From assembly GCA_041665145.1 (NCBI GenBank), contig JBAYJK010000001.1, positions 293,629 to 357,628 of the forward strand: a DNA stretch of 64,000 bases. Direction: 5' to 3'. The notes under the pieces were generated by a model, which ran no database searches, was not told the DNA's origin, and saw nothing but the letters and a program-made list of their open reading frames with translations. The position numbers and the translations under genes are program-made. Below are positions 8,943 through 18,540 of the stretch, piece after piece. Numbering within the stretch: the first letter of the stretch is position 1; each line of letters opens with the position of its first letter. This DNA is from Patescibacteria group bacterium (GTDB lineage Bacteria > Patescibacteriota > Microgenomatia > UBA1406).

Positions 8943-10190
8943 ATGTTGAGTATCGATTTTATCCGGAAAAATACGGAAAAAGTTAAGCGTGCGGCAGAAT
9001 TAAAAAATCGGAAAGTCGATATCGACGAACTCCTCAGACTTGACGAAGAATACAAAAAACTGCTTGCTGAAACCGAAACTCTCAGAGCTGAACGCAACAA
9101 AGCGGCAAAACTCGGGAAAAGTGAAGAAGCCATAAAAAGAGGAAAAGAAATAAAGGAGGCGTTGAAGATTCAAGAAGATGCGGCAGCACAACTTAAGCAG
9201 CAAGTTGATGATCTGCTCCTGAAGGTTCCGAATATTCCGTATGAAGAGACGCCAATCGGTGCAGACGAGAATGATAATAAGGAAATAAAGCGTGTCGGCG
9301 AACCGAGGAAATTTGACTTTGAGCCATTGTCACATATGGATTTGGTCGCAAAGCATGATCTTGCTGACTTTGAACGAGGTGCAAAAACGTCCGGTTATCG
9401 CGGGTACTTTCTCAAGCGTGAGCTTGCTCAGTTGCACCTTGCGGTACTTATGTATGCTTTCATGAAGATTTCAAAAAAGGGATACATTCCCTTTATCGCA
9501 CCCACACTAGTAAAGGAATTTACCCTTTTCGGTAGTGCCCAGTTGCCGTGGGGCCGTGATGAGGTATACCATTTGGAAAAAGATGACATGTACCTTTCGG
9601 GAACAGCGGAGATCCCAATGACTTCATATTACAGTGATGAAATTTTGCCCGAAAAAGATTTGCCGAAAAAGTTCGTCGCCTTCTCTCCGTGTTTCAGACG
9701 AGAGATAGGTAATTATGGTAAAGACACCAAGGGTTTGTATCGGGTACACGAATTTTGGAAAGTGGAACAGGTTGTAGTTGGACCGGCAGACGAATCTGCG
9801 TCCCGCACCATTCATGAAGAGCTCCTGAAAAACTCGGAAGAAATCATGACCGATCTTGAACTTCCATACCGCATACTTTTAATGTGCACGGGAGATATGG
9901 GAGAACCACAGGCGAAAAAGTATGATCTGGAATTGTGGATGCCTTACCGTAAAGGGTGGGGAGAAATCGGGAGCGATTCTATTATGACAGACTTTCAAGC
10001 ACGCAGAGTTAAATTACGATACCGAACTGCGAGCGGGGAAGTTAAGTTTGCATATACATACAACAACACAGCTGTTCCATCGCCCCGTATACTTATTGCA
10101 ATTCTCGAAAACTATCAACAAAAAGACGGAACCATCCTCGTGCCGAAAGTGCTCCAACCTTTTGTGGGATTTGATAAGATAGGAAAATAA
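8943..10190 (+). CDS. serS: seryl-tRNA synthetase
   Basis: 415 aa with an N-terminal coiled-coil arm (IDELLRLDEEYKKLLAETETLRAERNK) and a class II core (FRRE, TAEIP, NNTAVPSPRILIAILENYQ). Confidence 0.9.
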   Translation: MLSIDFIRKNTEKVKRAAELKNRKVDIDELLRLDEEYKKLLAETETLRAERNKAAKLGKSEEAIKRGKEIKEALKIQEDAAAQLKQQVDDLLLKVPNIPYEETPIGADENDNKEIKRVGEPRKFDFEPLSHMDLVAKHDLADFERGAKTSGYRGYFLKRELAQLHLAVLMYAFMKISKKGYIPFIAPTLVKEFTLFGSAQLPWGRDEVYHLEKDDMYLSGTAEIPMTSYYSDEILPEKDLPKKFVAFSPCFRREIGNYGKDTKGLYRVHEFWKVEQVVVGPADESASRTIHEELLKNSEEIMTDLELPYRILLMCTGDMGEPQAKKYDLELWMPYRKGWGEIGSDSIMTDFQARRVKLRYRTASGEVKFAYTYNNTAVPSPRILIAILENYQQKDGTILVPKVLQPFVGFDKIGK

Positions 10191-10209
10191 TATCGTCAAC
10201 AAAAAAATA

Positions 10210-12915
10210 ATGGGATTATTTAGCAAATTCTTTAACTTTAATGAGCGGGAGCTCAATCGCTATCGGACAATTCTTGTCGAAATAAACGCGCTTGAGGAAA
10301 AAGCCAAGAAACTGAAAGATGCGGATTTTCCCAAAGAAACTGCGCGTTTGAAAGAAGAGATGGGCGGGCGGAAAGAAAAACTCGACAGTATTCTTCCGTG
10401 GGCGTTTGCACTCGTTCGGGAGGCAGCGGTCAGGGTATTGGGAGAACGCCATTTCGACGTTCAACTTATAGCGGGTATTGCGCTCCACGAAGGACGGATT
10501 GCAGAGCAAAAAACGGGTGAAGGGAAAACACTCTCTGCAACAGCACCTTTATACCTAAATGCACTGGTCGGTCGTGGTGTTCATTTGGTTACCGTAAATG
10601 ACTATCTGGCCCGGCTGCACGCAGGCTGGATGGGGCGTGTGTTCGATTTCTTGGGTATAACAACCAGCGCGATGATTTCCGAGCAGTCGTTTGTATATGA
10701 CAAGACATACCTCGACGAAAAGGCATCAGATTGGCGCATGCGTCACCTGAAGCCGACCGACAGAAGAAGCGCATATCAAGCGGACGTTACCTACGGTATT
10801 AACAGTGAATTCGGTTTTGATTTTCTCCGCGATAACATGTCTTTTTCACTCCCGGAAAAAGTTCAACGGGATTTTTATTTTGCAGTTGTCGACGAAGTTG
10901 ACTCGGTGTTAATAGATGAAGCGCGAACTCCACACATTATTTCTTCGCCGTTTGACGACGATGTGAGCCGTTATTACCAGTACGCAAAAATGGTGGATCG
11001 GTTGATGAGCGGGACGGACTATGTGATTGATGAAAAAATGCGTACGGCAAACCTCACGGAACACGGAATTGAGAAAATTGAAAAAATGCTCGGTGTCACC
11101 AATGTTTATGAAAAAGACTACGACAGCTTATACCATCTGGAAGCTTCGTTGAAAGCAAAATCACTTTTTAAATTAAACAAAGATTACATCGTTCGAAATG
11201 GGGAAGTAATAATCGTTGATGAATTTACCGGTCGACTCCTCGAAGGACGCAGGTTTTCAGAAGGTTTGCATCAGGCGATAGAAGCGAAAGAGAACGTAGC
11301 GATCAAAAAAGAATCAAAAACTCTTGCGACTATTTCCCTACAGAACTACTTCAGAAAATACGACAAGCTGGCAGGCATGACGGGTACCGCAGTTACGGAG
11401 GCTGAAGAATTTCATAAAATTTACAAGCTTGATGTGATTGTTATTCCCACAAACCGAAAGCTCGTTCGTAAAGACCATCCGGATTTTATATATAAAACCG
11501 AACGCGGAAAATTCACGGCTCTCGTGGATATTATTGCAGAAGAACATGCGAAAGGTCGCCCGATATTGGTCGGTACGACAAGTATAGACAAAAATGAAGC
11601 TCTATCTTCTCTTTTGCGCAAGAAGGGAATAAAACATGAACTGCTGAATGCGAAGAATCACGAGCGGGAAGCTCAGATTATTTCTGATGCCGGTAAAAAA
11701 GGAGCAGTAACCATTGCGACAAATATGGCCGGCCGCGGTGTTGATATTATTTTGGGAGGAAATGCGCCGAACAGAGTCAGAAGTCAGGAGTCAGGAGTTA
11801 AAAGCGCCGATAAGGAATACGAAAAGGCATACAAAGAGTGGCAAAAAGGGCACGATGAAGTAGTACAACTCGGCGGTTTGTTTGTCATGGGAACGGAACG
11901 CCATGAGTCACGCAGAATAGATAATCAGCTTCGCGGACGGGCCGGACGACAGGGTGACCCGGGCGAGACACGCTTTTTTGTCGCACTTGAAGACGACATG
12001 CTCAGAATCTTCGGTGGTGACCAAATCGGGAAACTCATGACCTTTTTTAACTTCCCGGAAAATCAGCCCATCGAACATTCAATGGTTTCGCGGGCAATGG
12101 AGCAGGCGCAAGTTAAGGTGGAAGGTTTTAACTTTGATTCGCGGAAACACCTGTTGGAATATGACGATGTGTTGAATAAGCAACGTGACATTATTTATTC
12201 TCAGCGCGACAAGATTATGGACTATGTGGCGGCACCAACAACCCAGTTTTCGGAATTCATGCAAACCCAAGTGCAAAAATTCGTGGAAGACTTTTCCATA
12301 CCTTTCACTATGGGAAAAAAAGATGAAAAAGAAGCAGTTGTTAAACTCCTGGAAGGTTTTTTTGCGATCGATGAGGAAGGTAGAAAAGCACTCCTTGAAA
12401 TGGAACCGCGGGAATTTACCGAACGTTTTGAACAAAATATCATAACGGCGCTTGCCCGAAAAGAAAAAGGATTCGGTCCCGAGTTATTCAAAGAGGCGGT
12501 ACGGACGTTATTTCTTTCGACAATAGACTATTACTTTACCGAACACTTAACAAGTATCGAAGATTTGCGCGAAGGAATTAATTTGCGCGGGTATGCACAA
12601 CTGGACCCGCTGGTTGAATATAAGAAGGAATCATACAAATTTTTTAACACAATGCTCCAGAATATCCGGACAGACTTTTTCAGAAGGTTGTTGCATTTGG
12701 AAATCGACTCCCAGCAAACTCAAAATTCAAATCTACAAATATCAAATCAAGCTCAAAAATCAAAAAACAAAAAGAATAAAATCAATCAGAACGACACTCA
12801 GACAGTCAGACAATCGGACACTCAGACGAGTACTAACAAATTAAGTCGTAATGACCCCTGTTGGTGCGGCAGTGGTAAAAAGTGGAAAAAGTGCCATTAT
12901 CCAAAATTAAGTTAG
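10210..12915 (+). CDS. secA: preprotein translocase ATPase SecA
   Basis: 901 aa with the Walker A motif QKTGEGKTL, the DEAD-like DEVDSVLIDEARTP block, TERHESRRIDNQLRGRAGRQGDPG and the C-terminal zinc motif CWCGSGKKWKKCH. A low-complexity linker before the zinc motif is built from repeat DNA (see findings). Confidence 0.95.
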   Translation: MGLFSKFFNFNERELNRYRTILVEINALEEKAKKLKDADFPKETARLKEEMGGRKEKLDSILPWAFALVREAAVRVLGERHFDVQLIAGIALHEGRIAEQKTGEGKTLSATAPLYLNALVGRGVHLVTVNDYLARLHAGWMGRVFDFLGITTSAMISEQSFVYDKTYLDEKASDWRMRHLKPTDRRSAYQADVTYGINSEFGFDFLRDNMSFSLPEKVQRDFYFAVVDEVDSVLIDEARTPHIISSPFDDDVSRYYQYAKMVDRLMSGTDYVIDEKMRTANLTEHGIEKIEKMLGVTNVYEKDYDSLYHLEASLKAKSLFKLNKDYIVRNGEVIIVDEFTGRLLEGRRFSEGLHQAIEAKENVAIKKESKTLATISLQNYFRKYDKLAGMTGTAVTEAEEFHKIYKLDVIVIPTNRKLVRKDHPDFIYKTERGKFTALVDIIAEEHAKGRPILVGTTSIDKNEALSSLLRKKGIKHELLNAKNHEREAQIISDAGKKGAVTIATNMAGRGVDIILGGNAPNRVRSQESGVKSADKEYEKAYKEWQKGHDEVVQLGGLFVMGTERHESRRIDNQLRGRAGRQGDPGETRFFVALEDDMLRIFGGDQIGKLMTFFNFPENQPIEHSMVSRAMEQAQVKVEGFNFDSRKHLLEYDDVLNKQRDIIYSQRDKIMDYVAAPTTQFSEFMQTQVQKFVEDFSIPFTMGKKDEKEAVVKLLEGFFAIDEEGRKALLEMEPREFTERFEQNIITALARKEKGFGPELFKEAVRTLFLSTIDYYFTEHLTSIEDLREGINLRGYAQLDPLVEYKKESYKFFNTMLQNIRTDFFRRLLHLEIDSQQTQNSNLQISNQAQKSKNKKNKINQNDTQTVRQSDTQTSTNKLSRNDPCWCGSGKKWKKCHYPKLS

Positions 12916-12940
12916 CGTTGTGTTAACGTGATCTAATAGA

Positions 12941-13732
12941 ATGGATGAATCACCAATAGAAAGACCTGAAAAAGGCATGTTCTACGGATTTCCGGAGGCG
13001 TGGACTGGTGTTGTTGACAGAATGGCCAATAAACTGGGAATTGCAATAGGGGCAGACGAGCCTTTTGCTGGGCTTATTGTTGGACAACAAAAAGTGGGAA
13101 AGACAACCGCAGTTCGGACAATAGAACAGCGACTTAGAGAACAACAAGGCTTGGTTGCGTCATACGAGGCAACACCGGCTACGGATTCCAGGTTAATTTA
13201 TGTAAAAGCTGACATAGGTGCAGATGGAATCGTTCAGTATCGGAACCAATTTTGGTCAGAAGTCCCTATCGATGATAGGCAAACTTTACAGTCAATAGCT
13301 GATAGTGTTCAGCACAGAGGAACTCGCGTGGTAGTTGATGTTGTAAATACTCATTTTCCTCTTGGTGATCCAAGGAATAATACCGAAGCCACTGAAATTC
13401 TGAGAAGGGTATTCCAAAATCCGTACATTGAAAACTTATTTGCTAAACCAAAAGGTGTTCCTATATCGACCAGAGTAGTCGTATCTGATGAAATGAACCA
13501 TCTAGAATTGGATTTGGCTCAACCAGATACCGCGAGAGCTTTTGCTGAACACAAAAGGAGAGTCGAAATTATGATGCAACGTGACTTTATTCCCACAGAT
13601 ACATATGATAATGGGGAAGGCCAAATTGTTACGAATTTTATTTTTGCTGGGAATCCTGATACGGCGTTTGGCTCAACTCTTGACCAGTCGGTAGTAACAG
13701 AATTAAGTCAATATCGTAGAGGCAAAAGGTAG
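12941..13732 (+). CDS. hypothetical protein with P-loop NTPase motifs
   Basis: Candidate Walker A GQQKVGKTT and a Walker-B-like RVVVDVV. I recognise no further family. Confidence 0.4.
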   Translation: MDESPIERPEKGMFYGFPEAWTGVVDRMANKLGIAIGADEPFAGLIVGQQKVGKTTAVRTIEQRLREQQGLVASYEATPATDSRLIYVKADIGADGIVQYRNQFWSEVPIDDRQTLQSIADSVQHRGTRVVVDVVNTHFPLGDPRNNTEATEILRRVFQNPYIENLFAKPKGVPISTRVVVSDEMNHLELDLAQPDTARAFAEHKRRVEIMMQRDFIPTDTYDNGEGQIVTNFIFAGNPDTAFGSTLDQSVVTELSQYRRGKR

Positions 13733-13790
13733 TTTATGAAAATGATCCGGTAAGCATTGCATTAAATAATAAGTAGACTAGAATAGTCAC

Positions 13791-14420
13791 ATGATTTCCT
13801 TTGTTTATTTTGATGTTGGTGGGGTGGTAATGAAAGACACTACGGTGGGTGATGCATGGGCCAAAATGAGAAAAGATATCGGAATAAAACCGGAAGATAA
13901 TGCACGCTACGACGCGTATTATGCAGAATACGAGAAGGATGTCTGCAGGGGCTTTAAAGATATCGACACTATTATTCCATTCCTTGAAAAAGAGTTTTCG
14001 CTTGTTTTCCCAAACGGGTATTCCATTTTTACGGATTTCGTGAATAGATTTGCTCTAAACGAAAGTATTATTCCGGTAGTGACTGCGGTAGATAAGAAAA
14101 TGCCTGTTGGGTTGTTGACAAATATGTATCCACGGATGCTTGATGAAATTAATAAACGTCACCTTATTCCCGAATTTAACTGGGAATTTATTGTAGATTC
14201 AAGTGTTGTCCATGCTATGAAACCGGACAAAGAAATATATGAAATTGCCCAAAAACGGATTGGCGTTTCTGCAGATCAGATACTGTTCATCGACAATTCA
14301 AAGAAAAATATTGATGGCGCACGTGCTGCAGGATGGCAGGCATATTGGTATGATCCCGCAGATTGTGAGAAATCTTCTAAACTTTTGGAAGAGTATATGC
14401 AAAACCTCAACACGGTTTAA
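13791..14420 (+). CDS. HAD-superfamily hydrolase (subfamily IA-like)
   Basis: N-terminal VYFDVGGVVM (DxG nucleophile motif), LLTNM, and the late FIDNSKKNIDGARAAG (K...DD/N motif). TAGAAT lies 6 nt before the ATG. Confidence 0.7.
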   Translation: MISFVYFDVGGVVMKDTTVGDAWAKMRKDIGIKPEDNARYDAYYAEYEKDVCRGFKDIDTIIPFLEKEFSLVFPNGYSIFTDFVNRFALNESIIPVVTAVDKKMPVGLLTNMYPRMLDEINKRHLIPEFNWEFIVDSSVVHAMKPDKEIYEIAQKRIGVSADQILFIDNSKKNIDGARAAGWQAYWYDPADCEKSSKLLEEYMQNLNTV

Positions 14421-14444
14421 ACATAGTGTATACTATCAGACAAT

Positions 14445-15317
14445 ATGTCTGCTGATTTATTTGATTACACTCCTGCTTCCGAGTCTGAATTTGTACCCAT
14501 ATGGCAACCGGTTACCGATCTTCCCGTAAGTAAACGAAACAATCATCGATCCGGTCCAATAGAATGGGAACCTCATCCTATGTTGTCAAATTTGCATATC
14601 GATGTTGATGCGCTTGAGGATGTTGCAGATGAGCTCGGCCTGGTGCTTCCGACCGTTATTAAATTTCGTTCAATTAGCCACCCGAACAAACAATCGTACA
14701 TCTTTTCTCCGGGAACAGGAAGCGAGCCGATGTCACTTACGCTTCCGTATGCAGATTTTGCGGTCAGAAAATTGACTCAGCAATATAAGACAGGTGATTA
14801 TGCTCAAGCGGTCGGATTGCATGTCGACCGGGTATTACACGCTGCATTGCCGGAGCTTACAAGACTTAATTTTGCACTGGTTGAGCTGCAGGATCCTGAA
14901 ATTATGATATCGGAAATGAAAATCTTTCTGAGGTCACTCCTCGTCGGAATTGGCCCACTTGCATTGGCCCTTATTATGAATGCTGCTTCGGGGAAATTCC
15001 ATCCTTTCACCATATTATTCTTTTCGACTCAAAGTGCTATGGCTACAGCGTATGCGCAAGTTGCCCAGCACATGAGATTATTATCGCGATCAGGGCTGAA
15101 AACGTTCAATGATAATGATCAGGACAAAGCGTATGGACGGATGTTACACAATTTGTTTATACAAAAACAGCTTGATGAGCCGGGTAATCATATGTCTGCA
15201 AATCCGCTCAACGCAGTGGTTCCTTTTATTATCCCCGTTTTCACTCCGAAGATGCTGTATAAATGTGACCAAGCACGGCGCGTTAAGGATGTGTTTGTAC
15301 GGGGAGGAAAATTGTGA
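14445..15317 (+). CDS. hypothetical protein with a central hydrophobic helical hairpin
   Basis: Long ORF with no family recognised. The hydrophobic stretch is LLVGIGPLALALIMNAASGKFHPFTILFFSTQSAMATAYAQVA. Confidence 0.35.
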   Translation: MSADLFDYTPASESEFVPIWQPVTDLPVSKRNNHRSGPIEWEPHPMLSNLHIDVDALEDVADELGLVLPTVIKFRSISHPNKQSYIFSPGTGSEPMSLTLPYADFAVRKLTQQYKTGDYAQAVGLHVDRVLHAALPELTRLNFALVELQDPEIMISEMKIFLRSLLVGIGPLALALIMNAASGKFHPFTILFFSTQSAMATAYAQVAQHMRLLSRSGLKTFNDNDQDKAYGRMLHNLFIQKQLDEPGNHMSANPLNAVVPFIIPVFTPKMLYKCDQARRVKDVFVRGGKL

Positions 15318-15336
15318 AGACGTCTTGCCTGATTTC

Positions 15337-16266
15337 TTAAGGCAGATGAAGCACCACCGCAGTTGTTGGGTGGGCCATTGTTTTTGCAAGCTGTGACTCA
15401 TATGAACGCTGTTTCTGAAGCACTTGCATCACGAGAGCATATGCTTCTCGATAAAATCTTATTTTAAGTAGAGCACCTTCGATCATAAATTTGGTCCCGG
15501 ATTCGTTTTCGTCTATCATATGGCGGTAGTCAGCCCGCTCGCTGGTCATTCTTCGTATAAACATAGGATCGTTCAGCGTGTGGCCACTCAGGTCATTTAC
15601 GACAGATACTGCTCGTCCTCTATAATCTGGGTTTTCGAAAAACTTTTTAAATAAAAACGCTGATACTCCGTCATCATCAGACAGAGCACTATGAAATGCG
15701 TCAAGTCTTTTACTCGATACGAAAACGATTCCACCAGCATATCGGTCAACCGACCATATAACAGATGCCGGTAGATTATGCTTTACCAAGGAACGCAGAC
15801 AATTCAATTCTATAATGGATAAAATATCGATAAATGCTTCCATATCTTGGGGGTGAAGTTCGCCGTGATATATTCCCTCAGGTTGTAATTTGTCTGCGAG
15901 TAAACTGTCTATGGATGCGCGGTGCTGATTTTGGCCAATCATAGCCATAGTACTTATCGGCTCACGACCTGACATTCTAGGTTCTCTGAAGAGATTGAGA
16001 TAGTGTTCAATAATATCCAAGTATGAAAATGCGGTTGTCATGGGCTCAATATGCCTAGGAAAATTACCTGCGACAATCATTTTAATATGGCCAAGCGCTA
16101 TTGAAACGACCATTTTTGCTACTTCACTGGGGAAGAATTCAGAATGAAACTGCTTTGTTGCTTCAAATACCTCCAAAAATTTTACGGGACTAGCCTCAGA
16201 CATAGATAACGCTTTTGCAGCTTCCAACGCTTGTGCTTTGTCTATTTCGTGGTCAACGGTACTCAT
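15337..16266 (-). CDS. hypothetical protein
   Basis: The ORF is trimmed to ATG 16266 (MSTVDHEIDKAQ...), which overlaps the stop of the upstream gene as ATGA. No family recognised. Confidence 0.4.
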   Translation of the reverse strand: MSTVDHEIDKAQALEAAKALSMSEASPVKFLEVFEATKQFHSEFFPSEVAKMVVSIALGHIKMIVAGNFPRHIEPMTTAFSYLDIIEHYLNLFREPRMSGREPISTMAMIGQNQHRASIDSLLADKLQPEGIYHGELHPQDMEAFIDILSIIELNCLRSLVKHNLPASVIWSVDRYAGGIVFVSSKRLDAFHSALSDDDGVSAFLFKKFFENPDYRGRAVSVVNDLSGHTLNDPMFIRRMTSERADYRHMIDENESGTKFMIEGALLKIRFYREAYALVMQVLQKQRSYESQLAKTMAHPTTAVVLHLP

Positions 16267-17165
16267 AGTTTTTGGATAGGTTTTATTAATGTTTGCCTGT
16301 TTAGAACAGCTCGAGCTGCAGGAATAGCTAAATATCGCCATGGTTTAAGGGGAATCATGTGCTTGAGTAGCAAATCTTCTCTACCAGCTAAATACCAAAA
16401 ATGTGCCTCGCCAACAGTTTCGTCCTCTGTCCCATGCTTGGATATTGCTGGGTCAAGAAACTTTCTGCCCATTGCCAGCGATGCAAGGCTTACTATGTTG
16501 TGCGCCCCCAAGTTGATCAGCCCCAGTGCCGCGGTAGTTGCTGCAATAGACTCCGGAGTTAGTTCACCTTGAGCAGCCATAGAGCCGAGAATTGCTCCTT
16601 CCGCCAAAAATGTGAAGGCACTGTTAATAAGAAAGAGAAAATATTCGGGAAAGTGACCAAAATCGTGTTTTAACTCGTAGAGGTTGTTGAAAATAACTAG
16701 CGGTATTGCTGCCTTTTTTAATGATTCGTTAAACAAGCGTGCAAACTCGGGAATAAAACGGGAATCGCTTCTCTGTATGTTGCGCTCTGCTAATTGTCTT
16801 TCCATTGCCTGGAAATTAAAGTTAATCTGCTGTGAAGGAGACTCGAAGTTCTGGCTTAATTGAAGCAGGTGTTGAGGTTTCTGTCGTGTAACAGTTCCGA
16901 CAGTAGCCTGTGCATGATTGTGATTCGTGCTTTGATGAGCAGTGGTCACGGTATACTCATTTGAATTATCTGTAAACGCGCCGAGTGTTAAGGAAAATGA
17001 TAAACGTAAACTTTGCAACCATCTGTTAGCGGCTTCTGTATCTATTCCCAGCTCACGACAATATGGTATAGTCACAGGGTTCCAGCCGACGTCTCCATAT
17101 TCAATACGTTGTGAAGTGATAACTCGATCTCTGCAAAACGGAACAACCATTTGTTCAGTGGTCAT
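16263..17165 (-). CDS. hypothetical protein with a C-terminal Gly/Ala-rich hydrophobic region
   Basis: 300-aa ORF with the hydrophobic segment FLAEGAILGSMAAQGELTPESIAATTAALGLINLGAHNIVSLASLAMG. No family recognised. Confidence 0.4.
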   Translation of the reverse strand: MTTEQMVVPFCRDRVITSQRIEYGDVGWNPVTIPYCRELGIDTEAANRWLQSLRLSFSLTLGAFTDNSNEYTVTTAHQSTNHNHAQATVGTVTRQKPQHLLQLSQNFESPSQQINFNFQAMERQLAERNIQRSDSRFIPEFARLFNESLKKAAIPLVIFNNLYELKHDFGHFPEYFLFLINSAFTFLAEGAILGSMAAQGELTPESIAATTAALGLINLGAHNIVSLASLAMGRKFLDPAISKHGTEDETVGEAHFWYLAGREDLLLKHMIPLKPWRYLAIPAARAVLNRQTLIKPIQKL

Positions 17166-17198
17166 TTCGGGATTATAGCGACACCATACCCTATAGTC

Positions 17199-17227
17199 TT
17201 GACCGTTAGGACAAAATATGCTATAAT
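17199..17227 (+). promoter_or_regulatory. sigma70-type promoter (TTGACC-N17-TATAAT)
   Basis: TTGACC at 17199-17204, a 17-nt spacer, and TATAAT at 17222-17227. It lies 30 nt upstream of ATG 17257. Confidence 0.55.
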
Positions 17228-17256
17228 CCTGACCTAATTAGCAATCTAACTGACAA

Positions 17257-18540
17257 ATGAACACCCCAAAAGTCTATGCAGGGAGCGAAAAGTATCTATC
17301 CAACCTCGCGCAGAGTTTGCTTGAAGGACCTCTAAACAACGAATCTTCCCTGATTATTTGGTTCCCAGCAACAGGGAAAAGTGTTTACTTGCAAGATCTC
17401 TTCGGTATGAATAAGCAGATTGAGCAGTTTATCCCGTCAGATAAGGATAAACAGATATTTATATATCTTCAAAGTACTATGGTCGTATCAGAAAATAAAG
17501 TACTTGGTTTTTTCCGTTTGTTGGCTTCTAAATTAAACAAAGAAGTTGATTTAAAGCACTCGGACAATCAGTTTAATAGTAGCGAAGAGTATGTATTGTC
17601 AGAAATAGAAGTTATTTGTCAGAATGTTGCCAGACAGGGAAAATCGGTAACTTTTGTTGTTGATGAACTGGAAATGTTCTCTCGTGATGAAGCACAGAGG
17701 ATTATCAATGGGCTGTCATCTTTGGTGCTTGTAAATCGGAATGCTATCCATACTGCTATCCAATTACAAAATCTTGATCTTGTCCCCCTATTCCAAAGTA
17801 GTGAGAAACTACTTTCTTTGGTACAAAAGATTGTGTATCTCCCAATGCCAACAGTATCAGAGTCCGAGGTATTTATTAAAACTTTTATGGATCGCTGGAA
17901 AATTACACTAACTGAAGACCATCAAAAAGTTTTAAGTCTTCTGTCAGGAAATAATATGCTGGTTAAGGCGTATGTCAGATCAATTAGAGAAAACACCAAC
18001 TATAATCTTGACGCCTTTTTGCGCAGCTATGAAGCTAAGGCAAAGACCAAATTGTTTCTGAATCTTATAGGGAGTGATGAAAGAAAAGTCTTAGAACAGG
18101 TAGTTTTTCATCAGCCGATTTCGGAATCGTTGGTCCATGCCAAGCAATATTTGGAAACAATTAAAGTATTGAATAAGGCAGGTAAAAAATATGACGTATA
18201 TCCTAAAGTACTTGCTCAGCTTATCCGACTGGAAAATAACCATAACACATTGAAATTGAACAATGCAGGAGAACTTATTTTCGGAGCTTGCAATTTAACG
18301 AGCGTCTTGTCTCATCATGAATATGCAATCCTAAAGCTATTGTTAAAGCATTTGGGTGAAGTTGTAGGAAGAGAACAAATTGCAGAAGTTCTCTGGGGAG
18401 AGTATTATCAGAAACTCTATTCCGATTGGGCAATTGACAAAACAATATCCCGACTACGTAAGCAACTAGCACAAATTGGTTTTCCTGAATCGGCGATACA
18501 AACAGTTAAAGGAAGTGGCTTTTTGCTTAAAAATATATGA
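17257..18540 (+). CDS. ATPase-like domain fused to an OmpR/PhoB-type winged-helix DNA-binding domain
   Basis: The C-terminus is LSHHEYAILKLLLKHLGEVVGREQIAEVLWGE...DWAIDKTISRLRKQL...IQTVKGSGFLLK, which fits the Trans_reg_C pattern. The N-terminus has a degenerate P-loop (FPATGKSV) and a Walker-B-like FVVDELE. Confidence 0.6.
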   Translation: MNTPKVYAGSEKYLSNLAQSLLEGPLNNESSLIIWFPATGKSVYLQDLFGMNKQIEQFIPSDKDKQIFIYLQSTMVVSENKVLGFFRLLASKLNKEVDLKHSDNQFNSSEEYVLSEIEVICQNVARQGKSVTFVVDELEMFSRDEAQRIINGLSSLVLVNRNAIHTAIQLQNLDLVPLFQSSEKLLSLVQKIVYLPMPTVSESEVFIKTFMDRWKITLTEDHQKVLSLLSGNNMLVKAYVRSIRENTNYNLDAFLRSYEAKAKTKLFLNLIGSDERKVLEQVVFHQPISESLVHAKQYLETIKVLNKAGKKYDVYPKVLAQLIRLENNHNTLKLNNAGELIFGACNLTSVLSHHEYAILKLLLKHLGEVVGREQIAEVLWGEYYQKLYSDWAIDKTISRLRKQLAQIGFPESAIQTVKGSGFLLKNI

